Source: Candidatus Latescibacterota bacterium (lineage in GTDB: Bacteria > Latescibacterota > UBA2968 > UBA8231). From it: DNA of 64,000 bases. A program made the position numbers and the translations under genes. This document shows, in pieces, positions 20,223-29,421 of this stretch. Below the pieces are notes generated by a model. That model made no database searches and was not told the DNA's origin. It saw only the letters and a program-made list of their open reading frames with translations. The stretch spans positions 416,001-480,000 of the forward strand of contig CBDETK010000013.1 in NCBI GenBank assembly GCA_965242865.1. The letters run 5' to 3'. The first letter of the stretch is position 1, and each line of letters begins with the position of its first letter.

Positions 20223-20510
20223 ATGGCGGTTACTACAAAAGATGTCCACGAGGTCGCCGAGTTGGCGCGGTTGCGCTTTTCGCCGGCCGCGGAGGAAAGG
20301 CTGGCCAAGGAGCTCAACCGCATCTTGCAGTACATGGACACGCTCAACGAGCTAGACACCGCTGGCGTAGAGCCTACGTCCCACATCCTGCCCCTCGCCA
20401 ACGCCTTTCGCCGCGACGAGGCAACGCCCTCTCCCGCCGCGGCCGAAATCGCCGCGGCCGCCCCGCAGCGCCAAGGGGATTACTTCAAGGTTCCGAGAAT
20501 CATCGATTGA
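20223..20510 (+). CDS. gatC: Asp/Glu-tRNA amidotransferase subunit C
   Basis: VAELARL, LNELDTAGVEPTSH and YFKVPRII motifs. Confidence 0.92.
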   Translation: MAVTTKDVHEVAELARLRFSPAAEERLAKELNRILQYMDTLNELDTAGVEPTSHILPLANAFRRDEATPSPAAAEIAAAAPQRQGDYFKVPRIID

Positions 20511-20533
20511 CGCCGGATAAGGAGCGCGCCACC

Positions 20534-22321
20534 GTGGCCGAAGAATACAAAGGCCCCAAATACGTCGTCGTGACCGGCGGCGTGATCAGCGGGGTAGGCA
20601 AGGGCCTGACCACCGCTTCCATCGGCAAGATCCTGCAGCAATACGGGTACAGCACCACAGCCGTCAAAATCGATCCGTACATCAACTACGACGCCGGCAC
20701 CATGCGGCCCACCGAGCACGGCGAGGTGTGGGTGACGGACGACGGCGGCGAAATAGATCAAGACTTGGGCAATTACGAGCGCTTCTTGGGGTTGGATCTG
20801 CCGCGTTCCAACAACCTGACCACCGGGCAGATTTATCACGCGGTCATCGAGCGCGAGCGGCGCGGCGAGTACCTCGGCGAGACCGTGCAGCCAATCCCCC
20901 ACATTACGGATGAGATCACCAGCCGCTTGCAGGAGGCGGGCGCCGGCTACGACATCGTGCTGGTCGAGATCGGCGGCATCGTCGGCGACTACGAGAACGA
21001 GCCGTTCCTCTTCGCCGTCAAGACCTTGGAACGCGACTTGGGCAAGGAGCACTTTGCCCACGCCCTGATTACCTATCTCCCGATACCGCCGCACGTCGGC
21101 GAGATGAAGACCAAGCCCACCCAGCAGGCCATTCGCATGCTCAGCGAGCACGGCATTTTCCCCGATTTCATCGTCTGTCGCGCCGAGACCGCCACCGACG
21201 AGGTGCGCAAGAAAAAGATCCAGATCGGCGCCAACGTGCCCAACGACCACATCATTTCGGCCCCGGACTCAGAGACCATTTACAACATCCCGCTGGTTTT
21301 GGAAGAAGAAGGGCTGGGCGCAAAAATCCTCAGCCGGCTCGGCTGTACGCCCAAAAAGACTCCAGATTGGCGGCCTTGGCGCGAACTAGTCCAGCGCAGT
21401 CGGCAGCCGCGCCAGCGCGTCCGCGTGGCCATGGTCGGCAAGTACGTGGGCACGGGCGATTTTCAGCTCACGGATTCGTACATTTCGGTCAATCAATCGC
21501 TGCTGCACGCTGGCGTGGCAGCGGATGCACAGGTCGAGATCACTTGGATCGACGGCCACCAGTTTGAGCGCGGCACAATGGAGCTAGCCCAGCTCGACGG
21601 CTTCGACGGCATCATCGTCCCCGGGGCCTTTGGCGCCGGCGGGGCCGAAGGCGTACTCGCGGCCATTCGCTACGCCCGCGAGCGCGACATCCCCTATTTG
21701 GGCCTGTGCTACGGCTTGCAGCTCGCGGTGATCGAATTCGCCCGCCACGTCGCTGGAATCGCCGAGGCCACTTCCGAAGAGTTCGATGCCGATTCCGAGT
21801 GGCAGGTCATCTGCGCCCAACAAGCCCAGAAAGACCTTCTAGCGGAAAATCGCTACGGCGGCAGCATGCGCTTGGGGGCCTACGCGGCCGTGTTCAAAAA
21901 CGACAGCCGCGTCCTCCAGCTCTACGCGGCCTCGGGCCGCCTCCGCGAAGACGCCCGTCGCATCGAGCAACTGCTGGCCAATCCCGACCAAGCCTTCCGC
22001 GTGGGCTTGGTCATGCTGGAGCGCGACAAAGTGGCCTTAGAGCGCCACCGCCATCGCTACGAGGTCGCGCCCCGCTTCATCGAGCTCCTCGAGGAGGAGG
22101 GACTGGTCTTTTCCGGGTATCACCGCCGCGTCGATGGCACCCGCTTAATGGAATTTATCGAGCTGCCCGAGCACCGCTTCTTCATCGCCACCCAAGCCCA
22201 TCCCGAGTTCAAGTCGCGGATGGACAATCCCTCGCCCTTGTTTGCCGGGTTTGTCGAGGCTGCATTGGCCTACCAACAGGAGGTTGCCAGCCATGCGGAG
22301 GAGCAGGCCGCGGCCTCCTAA
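20534..22321 (+). CDS. pyrG: CTP synthase
   Basis: TGGVISGVGKG, KTKPTQ, GLCYG, RHRHRYE and HPEF motifs. Confidence 0.96.
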   Translation: MAEEYKGPKYVVVTGGVISGVGKGLTTASIGKILQQYGYSTTAVKIDPYINYDAGTMRPTEHGEVWVTDDGGEIDQDLGNYERFLGLDLPRSNNLTTGQIYHAVIERERRGEYLGETVQPIPHITDEITSRLQEAGAGYDIVLVEIGGIVGDYENEPFLFAVKTLERDLGKEHFAHALITYLPIPPHVGEMKTKPTQQAIRMLSEHGIFPDFIVCRAETATDEVRKKKIQIGANVPNDHIISAPDSETIYNIPLVLEEEGLGAKILSRLGCTPKKTPDWRPWRELVQRSRQPRQRVRVAMVGKYVGTGDFQLTDSYISVNQSLLHAGVAADAQVEITWIDGHQFERGTMELAQLDGFDGIIVPGAFGAGGAEGVLAAIRYARERDIPYLGLCYGLQLAVIEFARHVAGIAEATSEEFDADSEWQVICAQQAQKDLLAENRYGGSMRLGAYAAVFKNDSRVLQLYAASGRLREDARRIEQLLANPDQAFRVGLVMLERDKVALERHRHRYEVAPRFIELLEEEGLVFSGYHRRVDGTRLMEFIELPEHRFFIATQAHPEFKSRMDNPSPLFAGFVEAALAYQQEVASHAEEQAAAS

Positions 22322-22325
22322 TCGG

Positions 22326-24152
22326 ATGGGCGGTACAATCGCCTCAGAGGGCCGCGCTTTCCCGAGGGGAGCGCGGCTTTTTCGCGTTTGCTGCGGGGCC
22401 ATGCTCTGGGCCTGCGGCGCGGAAGCCCCCCCGGAAGAGCCGCTGCAGATCCCCGCCGTCGATGGGGAAGCATGGGACGCGCACATCGAGCTGGGACGGC
22501 CCGGCCATCGCATCCAGATCCGCGCCGCTTACTGGCGCGAATTTTCCAAGTCTCAGCACGTCATCGCCACCGGCGGCGTAGAGGTTGCCTTGCGCGGGAG
22601 CGAAGCCGGTTCAACGCTGCGGGCCGAGCGCTTGGTGCTAGAACACCAGCGCGACCGCTTTGGTTTGGCTGGCGGCGTGGTGTTGCGCGCTGGGGATGGC
22701 CTAGCGATGCAGGCCGACACCCTAGTGTGGGATGGCGCGCACGAGCAGTTGCGCGTTCCGGGCGCCGTGCAGGTGGAGCTCGACGAGGGCCAAGAGAGGG
22801 GCCGCAATCTCACGAGCAATTTCGCCGTGGATGCGTGGTCCTTGGAAGCCGTTGAGGGCCGCTGGCGCGGCCGGGACGGCGCAGTCGTGGAGGTGCGCGC
22901 CAAGCGCGAGGAAAGCCGGCGCGTCGCCGGGGTACAGGAGATCGCCTACGACAGCGTGGAGGTGCGCTACGACGGAGTGCAATTGACCGGGCCGCACGCC
23001 GCATTCCTCCCCCAAAGCGGCCGCTTCGACCTCAGCGGCGGGGTTGAGGGCACTGACTCGCTAACTCAGTTTGCGGCCGACGAGGTCGCGGTGGATGCAC
23101 AAAGGCAGCGGCTGGTGGCGCGGGGCGCGGTCTGCTACCGAGAGGAGGAGGCCGAGTTGCGGGCCGACGAGGTCGCGGAGGACCGCAGCGCAACGCAATG
23201 GCAGGCCCGCGGGGCGCCGGCGACCTTTGTGCAGGGCGAGCGGCAGATCGAGGCCAGTCAGTTGATTTATGCGCGCTCCGAGCGCACGCTCACAGCGCAA
23301 GGCGGGGTGGTCTTGCGCGCCGGGGAACGTGTGCTGACGGCCCAAACCCTTCGCTATACGCGCCCCGGCCAAGTCCAAGCCGAGGGTGCGATTGCGCTCA
23401 AAGCCCCTGAATTGGCTGGCTCGCTCGCCGGCGATTCGCTCGCTCTCGACTTGGAGCAGGAGGCCGGGTGGGTGCGAGGGGGGGCCTCGCTGCGTCGGCA
23501 CGACGTCGCCCTCTCGGCCCCGGTGTTGCGCTTCGATCTCGCGCAGGGTCGGTTGGCCGGAACCGGCGGGTTTGCCCTACGCGCCGATGGGCTGGAGATC
23601 GCGGCCGAGCGCGGTGCGTACCAAGCGGATTCCACGCGGGTACAGGTGGCCGAAGGCGTGGTGTTGGACGAGCGAGACGACGAGCGCACGTACCACAGCC
23701 GGTTGATGGCCGACTCCATGGTCGTCGCCTTGGCCGACAACCGAGTCGAATGGATCGCCATACCCGGCCCCGTGCACGGTGAAATCGAGGTCGGCGACCG
23801 CCACAGCTATATTGAGGGGCGGGACGGGCAAGTCTTTATGGCCGATGGGCGCTTGGAGCGGGTTGAGGTGCGGGCCGAGGCCGACGTGACGCACGGCCGA
23901 GCCGACGACGAAGCGATCAATCGCTTTCGCGGGCAGCAGATGACCCTGTACTTTGACTCGACCGGATTGCGCCGGGCCTTGGTAACGGGCGCGGCCGAGC
24001 TGGTCTCGCGGCTGCAAGAGGACGACGCGGTCTCCGTCAACGAGGTCGCCGGTGCCGAATTGGACATTCGCTTTGCCGATGGGGTGCTGACCGAGGTGGG
24101 CGTCGGCCCGGACATTGAAGGCCGCTACTATCCGCCGGCCGAGGAGCCGTAA
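22326..24152 (+). CDS. LptC/LptA (OstA)-like multi-beta-jellyroll protein
   Basis: Repeated A.G.V / ADTL.W beta-jellyroll patterns; sits directly upstream of lptB; start uncertain. Confidence 0.7.
   Translation: MGGTIASEGRAFPRGARLFRVCCGAMLWACGAEAPPEEPLQIPAVDGEAWDAHIELGRPGHRIQIRAAYWREFSKSQHVIATGGVEVALRGSEAGSTLRAERLVLEHQRDRFGLAGGVVLRAGDGLAMQADTLVWDGAHEQLRVPGAVQVELDEGQERGRNLTSNFAVDAWSLEAVEGRWRGRDGAVVEVRAKREESRRVAGVQEIAYDSVEVRYDGVQLTGPHAAFLPQSGRFDLSGGVEGTDSLTQFAADEVAVDAQRQRLVARGAVCYREEEAELRADEVAEDRSATQWQARGAPATFVQGERQIEASQLIYARSERTLTAQGGVVLRAGERVLTAQTLRYTRPGQVQAEGAIALKAPELAGSLAGDSLALDLEQEAGWVRGGASLRRHDVALSAPVLRFDLAQGRLAGTGGFALRADGLEIAAERGAYQADSTRVQVAEGVVLDERDDERTYHSRLMADSMVVALADNRVEWIAIPGPVHGEIEVGDRHSYIEGRDGQVFMADGRLERVEVRAEADVTHGRADDEAINRFRGQQMTLYFDSTGLRRALVTGAAELVSRLQEDDAVSVNEVAGAELDIRFADGVLTEVGVGPDIEGRYYPPAEEP
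22351..22382 (+). terminator. Rho-independent terminator-like hairpin after pyrG
   Basis: GCCGCGCT...AGCGCGGC followed by TTTTT. Confidence 0.5.
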
Positions 24153-24153
24153 C

Positions 24154-24885
24154 ATGGCCCTAGAAACGCGCGCATTGAGCAAGTACTACGGGGGGCGGGC
24201 CGTCGTCGACGAGGTCAGCATCCGCGTCGAGCCAGGGGAGGTCGTCGGCCTGTTGGGGCCCAATGGCGCGGGCAAGACCACGACCTTTCACAGCATCGTC
24301 GGCTTTGCCGCCCCGGACGGGGGGCACATCGTGCTCGACGATGCGGACATTACCGGGCTGCCCATGTATCGCCGCGCCCAACTCGGCATTGGCTACCTGC
24401 CGCAGGAGACTTCCATTTTTCGCAAGCTGAGCGTGGCCGACAACATCCGCGCCGTATTGGAAGTGCGCGGGGTCACCAAAGCGCGCATCGCCGCGCACCA
24501 ACGGCAGCTCCTGACCGAGCTACACTTGCTCGCACGAGCCGACCAACGCGCGGATACGCTTTCCGGCGGCGAGACGCGCCGCGTCGAAATCGCCCGGGCC
24601 TTAGCCTGCGAGCCGCACTACATGCTCCTCGACGAGCCTTTTGCCGGCATTGATCCGCGCACGGTCGAAGACATCCAAAACATCATCGCCGAGCTGAGAA
24701 GCCGGGGCCTCGGCGTGTTGATTACCGATCACAACGTCCGCGAGACCTTGGAGATCGCCGATCGGGCCTATATCCTCGTGGATGGCAAAATTTTAACGGC
24801 GGGCACGGCCGAGGAGCTCATTGCCAACGAACAGGTGCGGCGCATCTACCTCGGCGAGCGCTTTAGCTGGCGGGTCAATCGGTAG
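24154..24885 (+). CDS. lptB: LPS export ABC transporter ATPase
   Basis: GPNGAGKTT, YLPQETSIFRKL, DEPFAGIDP, TDHNVRETL; lptB-rpoN synteny. Confidence 0.95.
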   Translation: MALETRALSKYYGGRAVVDEVSIRVEPGEVVGLLGPNGAGKTTTFHSIVGFAAPDGGHIVLDDADITGLPMYRRAQLGIGYLPQETSIFRKLSVADNIRAVLEVRGVTKARIAAHQRQLLTELHLLARADQRADTLSGGETRRVEIARALACEPHYMLLDEPFAGIDPRTVEDIQNIIAELRSRGLGVLITDHNVRETLEIADRAYILVDGKILTAGTAEELIANEQVRRIYLGERFSWRVNR

Positions 24886-24941
24886 GCGTGCGCCGCGCTT
24901 GCACCTTGACTTTTCTCTCTGCACGGGCTTGAATTTATCCG

Positions 24942-26408
24942 ATGTTTCGCGCCGAGCCAAATAACAGCTTGCGCCTCCAGCAAAAGCTGGCCCCGCAGCT
25001 AATCCAATCGCTGCGGGTGTTGCAGATGTCCACCTTTGATTTGGTGCAGGAGGTCAAGCAGCAGGTCGAACTCAATCCCTTGCTCGAAGAGGACTTTGAT
25101 ATACGCGAAGAATGGGACGAGGAACGGCGCGAGCAGGAGGAGGGGATCGCGGCCGAGGAGGAACTGCCCGAGGACCCGGAGGAGGTCCATTGGGACGCGG
25201 TGCTCAGCGACCAGTTCGACGCCGGCGCGTACAATACCGAGCGCACGGAGTACGATCCCAACTGGGAGGCCAATCGCGAGCCACAGGCCAACCGCATCAC
25301 CGCGATGCCCCCCCTCTTAGAGCCGCTTTACGAGCAGGTGTTGTTCAGCGACTTGGGGCCGGAAGAGCGCGTCATTGCCGAGTACATCTTGGGCAATATC
25401 GACGAGCGCGGGTACGTGGGCTGCTCGGCCGCCGAGATCGCCGCAGGTCTAAAAATTGAAGCCGCGGCCGTGCAAAAGGTGCTGCGCGTCATTCAGACGT
25501 TTGACCCGCCCGGGGTCGGCGCCCGCGATTTGCGCGAGTGCCTGATGATCCAGTTGCGCCGGCTCGACGACCCGCTCAGCAAGCTGGCCCTACGGGTGGT
25601 GCGCGACCACTTAGAGGACTTGGCCCGGCGGCGTCTGCGGCGCATTACCCGCGCCTTGGGCATCTCCGACGAGAAGCTCAAAGAGGTTGCGCAAGTAATC
25701 GAGCAATTACAGCCGCAGCCGAACCTGTCGGCGAGCAGCGACCCTAACAAGCTCTTGGCGCTCGATACCGAGGTGTCGTACATCACGCCGGACTTGATCG
25801 TCCAAAAAATTGGCGCGGAGTGGGTTGCAGCGCTGGCCGACGGGTCTGTGCCGTCCATAAAGATCAACGCGGCGTACCTGCATCTGCTCAACAACTCCCG
25901 CGGCGACATCAAGGACGCGGCCGACGACTACGTGGCCAAAAACCTCGACGACGCCCGCTGGTTCATCAACGCCATCGACCAGCGCCGCACCACCATGCTC
26001 AAGGTGGCCAATTACCTATTGCAGGCGCAGTTGCCCTTTTTCGAGGAGGGGCCGACGCGGCTGCGGCCCATGGTCTTGCAGGACTTGGCTGACGCGATCG
26101 GAATGCACGTCTCGACGATTAGCCGCGTCAGCAACGGCAAGTACATGCAGACGCCGCACGGGGTTTTTGAGCTGAAGTACTTCTTCGACAACAAGCTCAA
26201 CACAGACGAGGGCGAAGCAGTGTCGGTGCGCTCGGTGAAGGAGAAAATTTCCCAGCTCGTCGCCGCCGAGGACAAAGTCCAGCCGCTTTCGGATCAACAG
26301 CTCGTCGAGGAGTTGAACAAGGGCGGGTTGAAAATTGCGCGGCGAACAGTGGCCAAATACCGTGATCAGCTAAAAATCCCCGCGCAGCGATACCGCAGAG
26401 CGTTGTAG
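24942..26408 (+). CDS. rpoN: RNA polymerase sigma-54 factor
   Basis: GVGARDLRECL, STISR and RpoN box ARRTVAKYR. Confidence 0.97.
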   Translation: MFRAEPNNSLRLQQKLAPQLIQSLRVLQMSTFDLVQEVKQQVELNPLLEEDFDIREEWDEERREQEEGIAAEEELPEDPEEVHWDAVLSDQFDAGAYNTERTEYDPNWEANREPQANRITAMPPLLEPLYEQVLFSDLGPEERVIAEYILGNIDERGYVGCSAAEIAAGLKIEAAAVQKVLRVIQTFDPPGVGARDLRECLMIQLRRLDDPLSKLALRVVRDHLEDLARRRLRRITRALGISDEKLKEVAQVIEQLQPQPNLSASSDPNKLLALDTEVSYITPDLIVQKIGAEWVAALADGSVPSIKINAAYLHLLNNSRGDIKDAADDYVAKNLDDARWFINAIDQRRTTMLKVANYLLQAQLPFFEEGPTRLRPMVLQDLADAIGMHVSTISRVSNGKYMQTPHGVFELKYFFDNKLNTDEGEAVSVRSVKEKISQLVAAEDKVQPLSDQQLVEELNKGGLKIARRTVAKYRDQLKIPAQRYRRAL

Positions 26409-26467
26409 AGGGCCGAGCCAGAATCGCGTTACCCGCGTACCCGCGACCTCCTCCTTCAAGTACAACA

Positions 26468-26598
26468 CGCGCCGCGCCGAACATCCATTGGAAAAAGGAC
26501 CGCGGCAAGATCAGTTCCCATGGTTCTGGAACAACGGCAATGTGCATTGGACCAAAGAGCAGAAACTCACGGCCCGAGACCGGGCGGAGGGCGCATGA
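26468..26598 (+). pseudogene. Frameshifted 3' remnant of a lost gene, possibly a large DNA methyltransferase
   Basis: RAAPNIHWKKDRGK, then in another frame DQFPWFWNNGNVHWTKEQKLTARDRAEGA*; stop overlaps the next ATG (ATGA). Confidence 0.5.
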
Positions 26599-29420
26599 CG
26601 ATGACAAGCACACAGCAAAATTGGCCTTATCCCGGGTCGCGTTGGTGGAAGTTCGACTTCCACACGCATACGCCGGCGTCCGTTGATACCTACTGGGCTC
26701 GATCGGGTGACGCCCCATCCCCTGAATCATGGCTGCTCCGATACATGGCCGCCGAAATCGATTGTGTGGCAATCACGGACCACAATAGCGGTGCTTGGGT
26801 TGATCGCCTTAAAGCAGCTTACGAGGCGATGAAGGGGCAAGCCGATGAGGGATCGCCACCGGAAGGGTTTCGAGAACTGACGCTATTTCCGGGGGTCGAG
26901 ATTTCGGTACAGGGGGGATTCCACCTGCTCGCCATCCTAGATCCCGATACCACTACAAGCGACATCGATAAATTGCTGGGGCAGGTGGGTTACGACGGAA
27001 CCAAAGGATCCAGCGACGGAGTGACCCACAAGGGTGCCGCCGAGGTGGTCTGTGAAATTAGGGACGCCGGAGGCATTCCGATCCCAGCCCATGCCGACCG
27101 ACAAGGTGAAAATGGCAACGGCAAGGGCCTTCTCGCTGTACGTACAGATACCCGTAAACTCCAACTCGACGCCAACACGGTTCGCCAAGTGCTTGACACT
27201 GAATATCTACTGGCGATGGAGTGGGAAGACATGGCGAAACTTCTTCCTAAGTATGTTGAGAAACAAGCCAAAAAACTGACGCGGGTGCTCGGTAGCGACT
27301 GCCACAGCTTCCAAGGAACGGGTATTCACGGATCCCGTTTCACTTGGGTCAAGATGGCAAAACCTACATTGGAAGGGCTGCGTCTCGCGCTCTTAGATGG
27401 CAACGAAATCTCGATTCGACGGAGCGACGACGAGGGGGAGTTCGACCCATTCCAGAAGCCCACGCACTTCATCACCAGCGTTGCGGTCGAGTCTGCTCGA
27501 TTTATGGGTGTAAGGACCACGACACGACTTGTCCTCACACCGTACTACAACGCGCTGATTGGCGGGCGCGGAACCGGCAAGTCCACAATTGTTCATGCGT
27601 TGCGCCTTGCCTATCGGCGCGATAAAGAGTTACAGCATTTGGGCGAAAAAACAGAGCCCTATCGCCAGTTCAGAAGTTTTTCCCAATCTGTCAAGGGACG
27701 CAGCGGGGATGGTGGGTTGCGCGATGACACGGAAATTCGCGTGGAGCTGATGCGCGACGAGGTAGAGCACATCTTACGTTGGCGACACGATGGACAAAAG
27801 ACGGTTGTCGAAGAACGAGACACGGACGGCCAGTGGCAGCCCACTGCAAGCCAAGCGGTGAACTCCGAGCGTTTCCCAATCCGGCTGCTTTCGCAGGGCC
27901 AGATTGCGGCCATGGCCGGAGAGAATCGGCAGGCTTTGCTCGATGTCATTGACGACGCGGCTGATGTGGCCAAGTTACATCGCGCCTTTGACGAGACGAA
28001 GACCTCCTATTTAGCGCAGCGAGCTAGGCTGCGCGAACTGGAGGAAAAGTTAGCTAGGCGACCAGAGTTGGAACGCAGGCTCGCAGATTTGACCCGCAAG
28101 CTCGCAACGTTCACACAATCACATCACGCTGAAGTCCTGAAGGCTCATCAACAGGCACTGCGTCAACGCCGGGAGATCGATACGACTGCGGAACAATTGC
28201 GAGAAATGCCCGGACGCGTCACGGCGTTGGCCGAGGACTTGCTTCTCGACGACTGGCCAGATGGTGTCTTCAATGCCGCACAGGACAGCGATGCTCTCGC
28301 TTGGAGGAGCGAAGCCGAGCGGCTCGTGGCGGCAATGCAAGAGGCACTCACTCGTAGTGCCGACACATTTACGGACAAGGTGCAGGAGTGGCAAAAGGAC
28401 GAAAGATTCAGCCAGTGGCAACAGCGTGCCGAGAAGGCCGGATCGGACTACAAGGATCTTCAAGCGGTGCTCGCCGATCAGGGAGTGACCGATCCGCAAG
28501 CCTTTGGGCGGTTAGAACAGGAGCGCCAGAACCTCGAAGCGCAACTGAAGCAACTCGACTTGTTGAATCAGGATTGGGATCGCCTTGACGAGGAGAACAA
28601 AAACCAGTGGCAACGAGTGCTTGAAGCGCGTAAGGCCATCACTCGAAAGCGTGCCGAGTTTGTTGCGAAAACGCTGGAGACCAACCCCTTTGTGAAAATT
28701 GAGGTCGTCGGATTCGGCTTTGAGCCTCGTCATATCGAGCACAGCCTACGTAGAATTATCGAGGTGCCAGATGATCGTTTTGAATACGACATTCTGCGAG
28801 AGAAAGATGGCAAACCCGTTGGCGGCTTGGCCTTTGACATCGCGCAGGACGAAAATCGCGAAGTGAAGCTAGAGGATGCGAAACGACGCCTGATAGAAAT
28901 CTGCCCTAACTTCCGCGGCCAATTTCGCAACTACCTTGAACGCAAGCACGAGAAGCTGGAGTTCACCGATTACATCCAGTGCTGGTTTCCAGAGGACGAC
29001 CTGCGGATTGAGTACAGCCGCCAAGGGGACGGCAGCGATTGGACGTCCATCACCCAAGGCTCGCAAGGACAGCGTTCAGCCGCACTACTGGCATTCCTGC
29101 TTGCATTCGGCGATGAGCCCCTTGTATTGGATCAGCCCGAGGACGATCTGGACAATCACCTGATTTACGACTTGGTCGTACGACAGATTCGCGAGAACAA
29201 ATTGCGGCGACAACTGATCATAGTCACCCACAACCCCAACGTGATGATCAACGGAGACGCGGAAATGGTCCATGCCTTCAATTTTAGTGGCGGTCAATGC
29301 AGAGTCATTGAGCACGGTGCCCTACAGGAAAAAGCAGTCCGTGAAGAAGTCTGCCGGGTCATGGAGGGCGGACGAGAGGCGTTCGCTCGGCGCTGGGAAC
29401 GCTTGGGACGAGAAAGCTGA
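26595..29420 (+). CDS. PHP phosphoesterase fused to an SMC/ABC-like ATPase (TrlF/Ppl-like)
   Basis: DFHTHTPAS, TDHN, PAH, GSDCH; GGRGTGKST; SQGQRS, DQPEDDLDN, VTHN. Confidence 0.88.
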   Translation: MTMTSTQQNWPYPGSRWWKFDFHTHTPASVDTYWARSGDAPSPESWLLRYMAAEIDCVAITDHNSGAWVDRLKAAYEAMKGQADEGSPPEGFRELTLFPGVEISVQGGFHLLAILDPDTTTSDIDKLLGQVGYDGTKGSSDGVTHKGAAEVVCEIRDAGGIPIPAHADRQGENGNGKGLLAVRTDTRKLQLDANTVRQVLDTEYLLAMEWEDMAKLLPKYVEKQAKKLTRVLGSDCHSFQGTGIHGSRFTWVKMAKPTLEGLRLALLDGNEISIRRSDDEGEFDPFQKPTHFITSVAVESARFMGVRTTTRLVLTPYYNALIGGRGTGKSTIVHALRLAYRRDKELQHLGEKTEPYRQFRSFSQSVKGRSGDGGLRDDTEIRVELMRDEVEHILRWRHDGQKTVVEERDTDGQWQPTASQAVNSERFPIRLLSQGQIAAMAGENRQALLDVIDDAADVAKLHRAFDETKTSYLAQRARLRELEEKLARRPELERRLADLTRKLATFTQSHHAEVLKAHQQALRQRREIDTTAEQLREMPGRVTALAEDLLLDDWPDGVFNAAQDSDALAWRSEAERLVAAMQEALTRSADTFTDKVQEWQKDERFSQWQQRAEKAGSDYKDLQAVLADQGVTDPQAFGRLEQERQNLEAQLKQLDLLNQDWDRLDEENKNQWQRVLEARKAITRKRAEFVAKTLETNPFVKIEVVGFGFEPRHIEHSLRRIIEVPDDRFEYDILREKDGKPVGGLAFDIAQDENREVKLEDAKRRLIEICPNFRGQFRNYLERKHEKLEFTDYIQCWFPEDDLRIEYSRQGDGSDWTSITQGSQGQRSAALLAFLLAFGDEPLVLDQPEDDLDNHLIYDLVVRQIRENKLRRQLIIVTHNPNVMINGDAEMVHAFNFSGGQCRVIEHGALQEKAVREEVCRVMEGGREAFARRWERLGRES

Positions 29421-29421
29421 G

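Noticed and set aside
24884-24904. Sigma54 promoter before rpoN
   Set aside because: Spacing between GGC and TTGCA does not fit -24/-12
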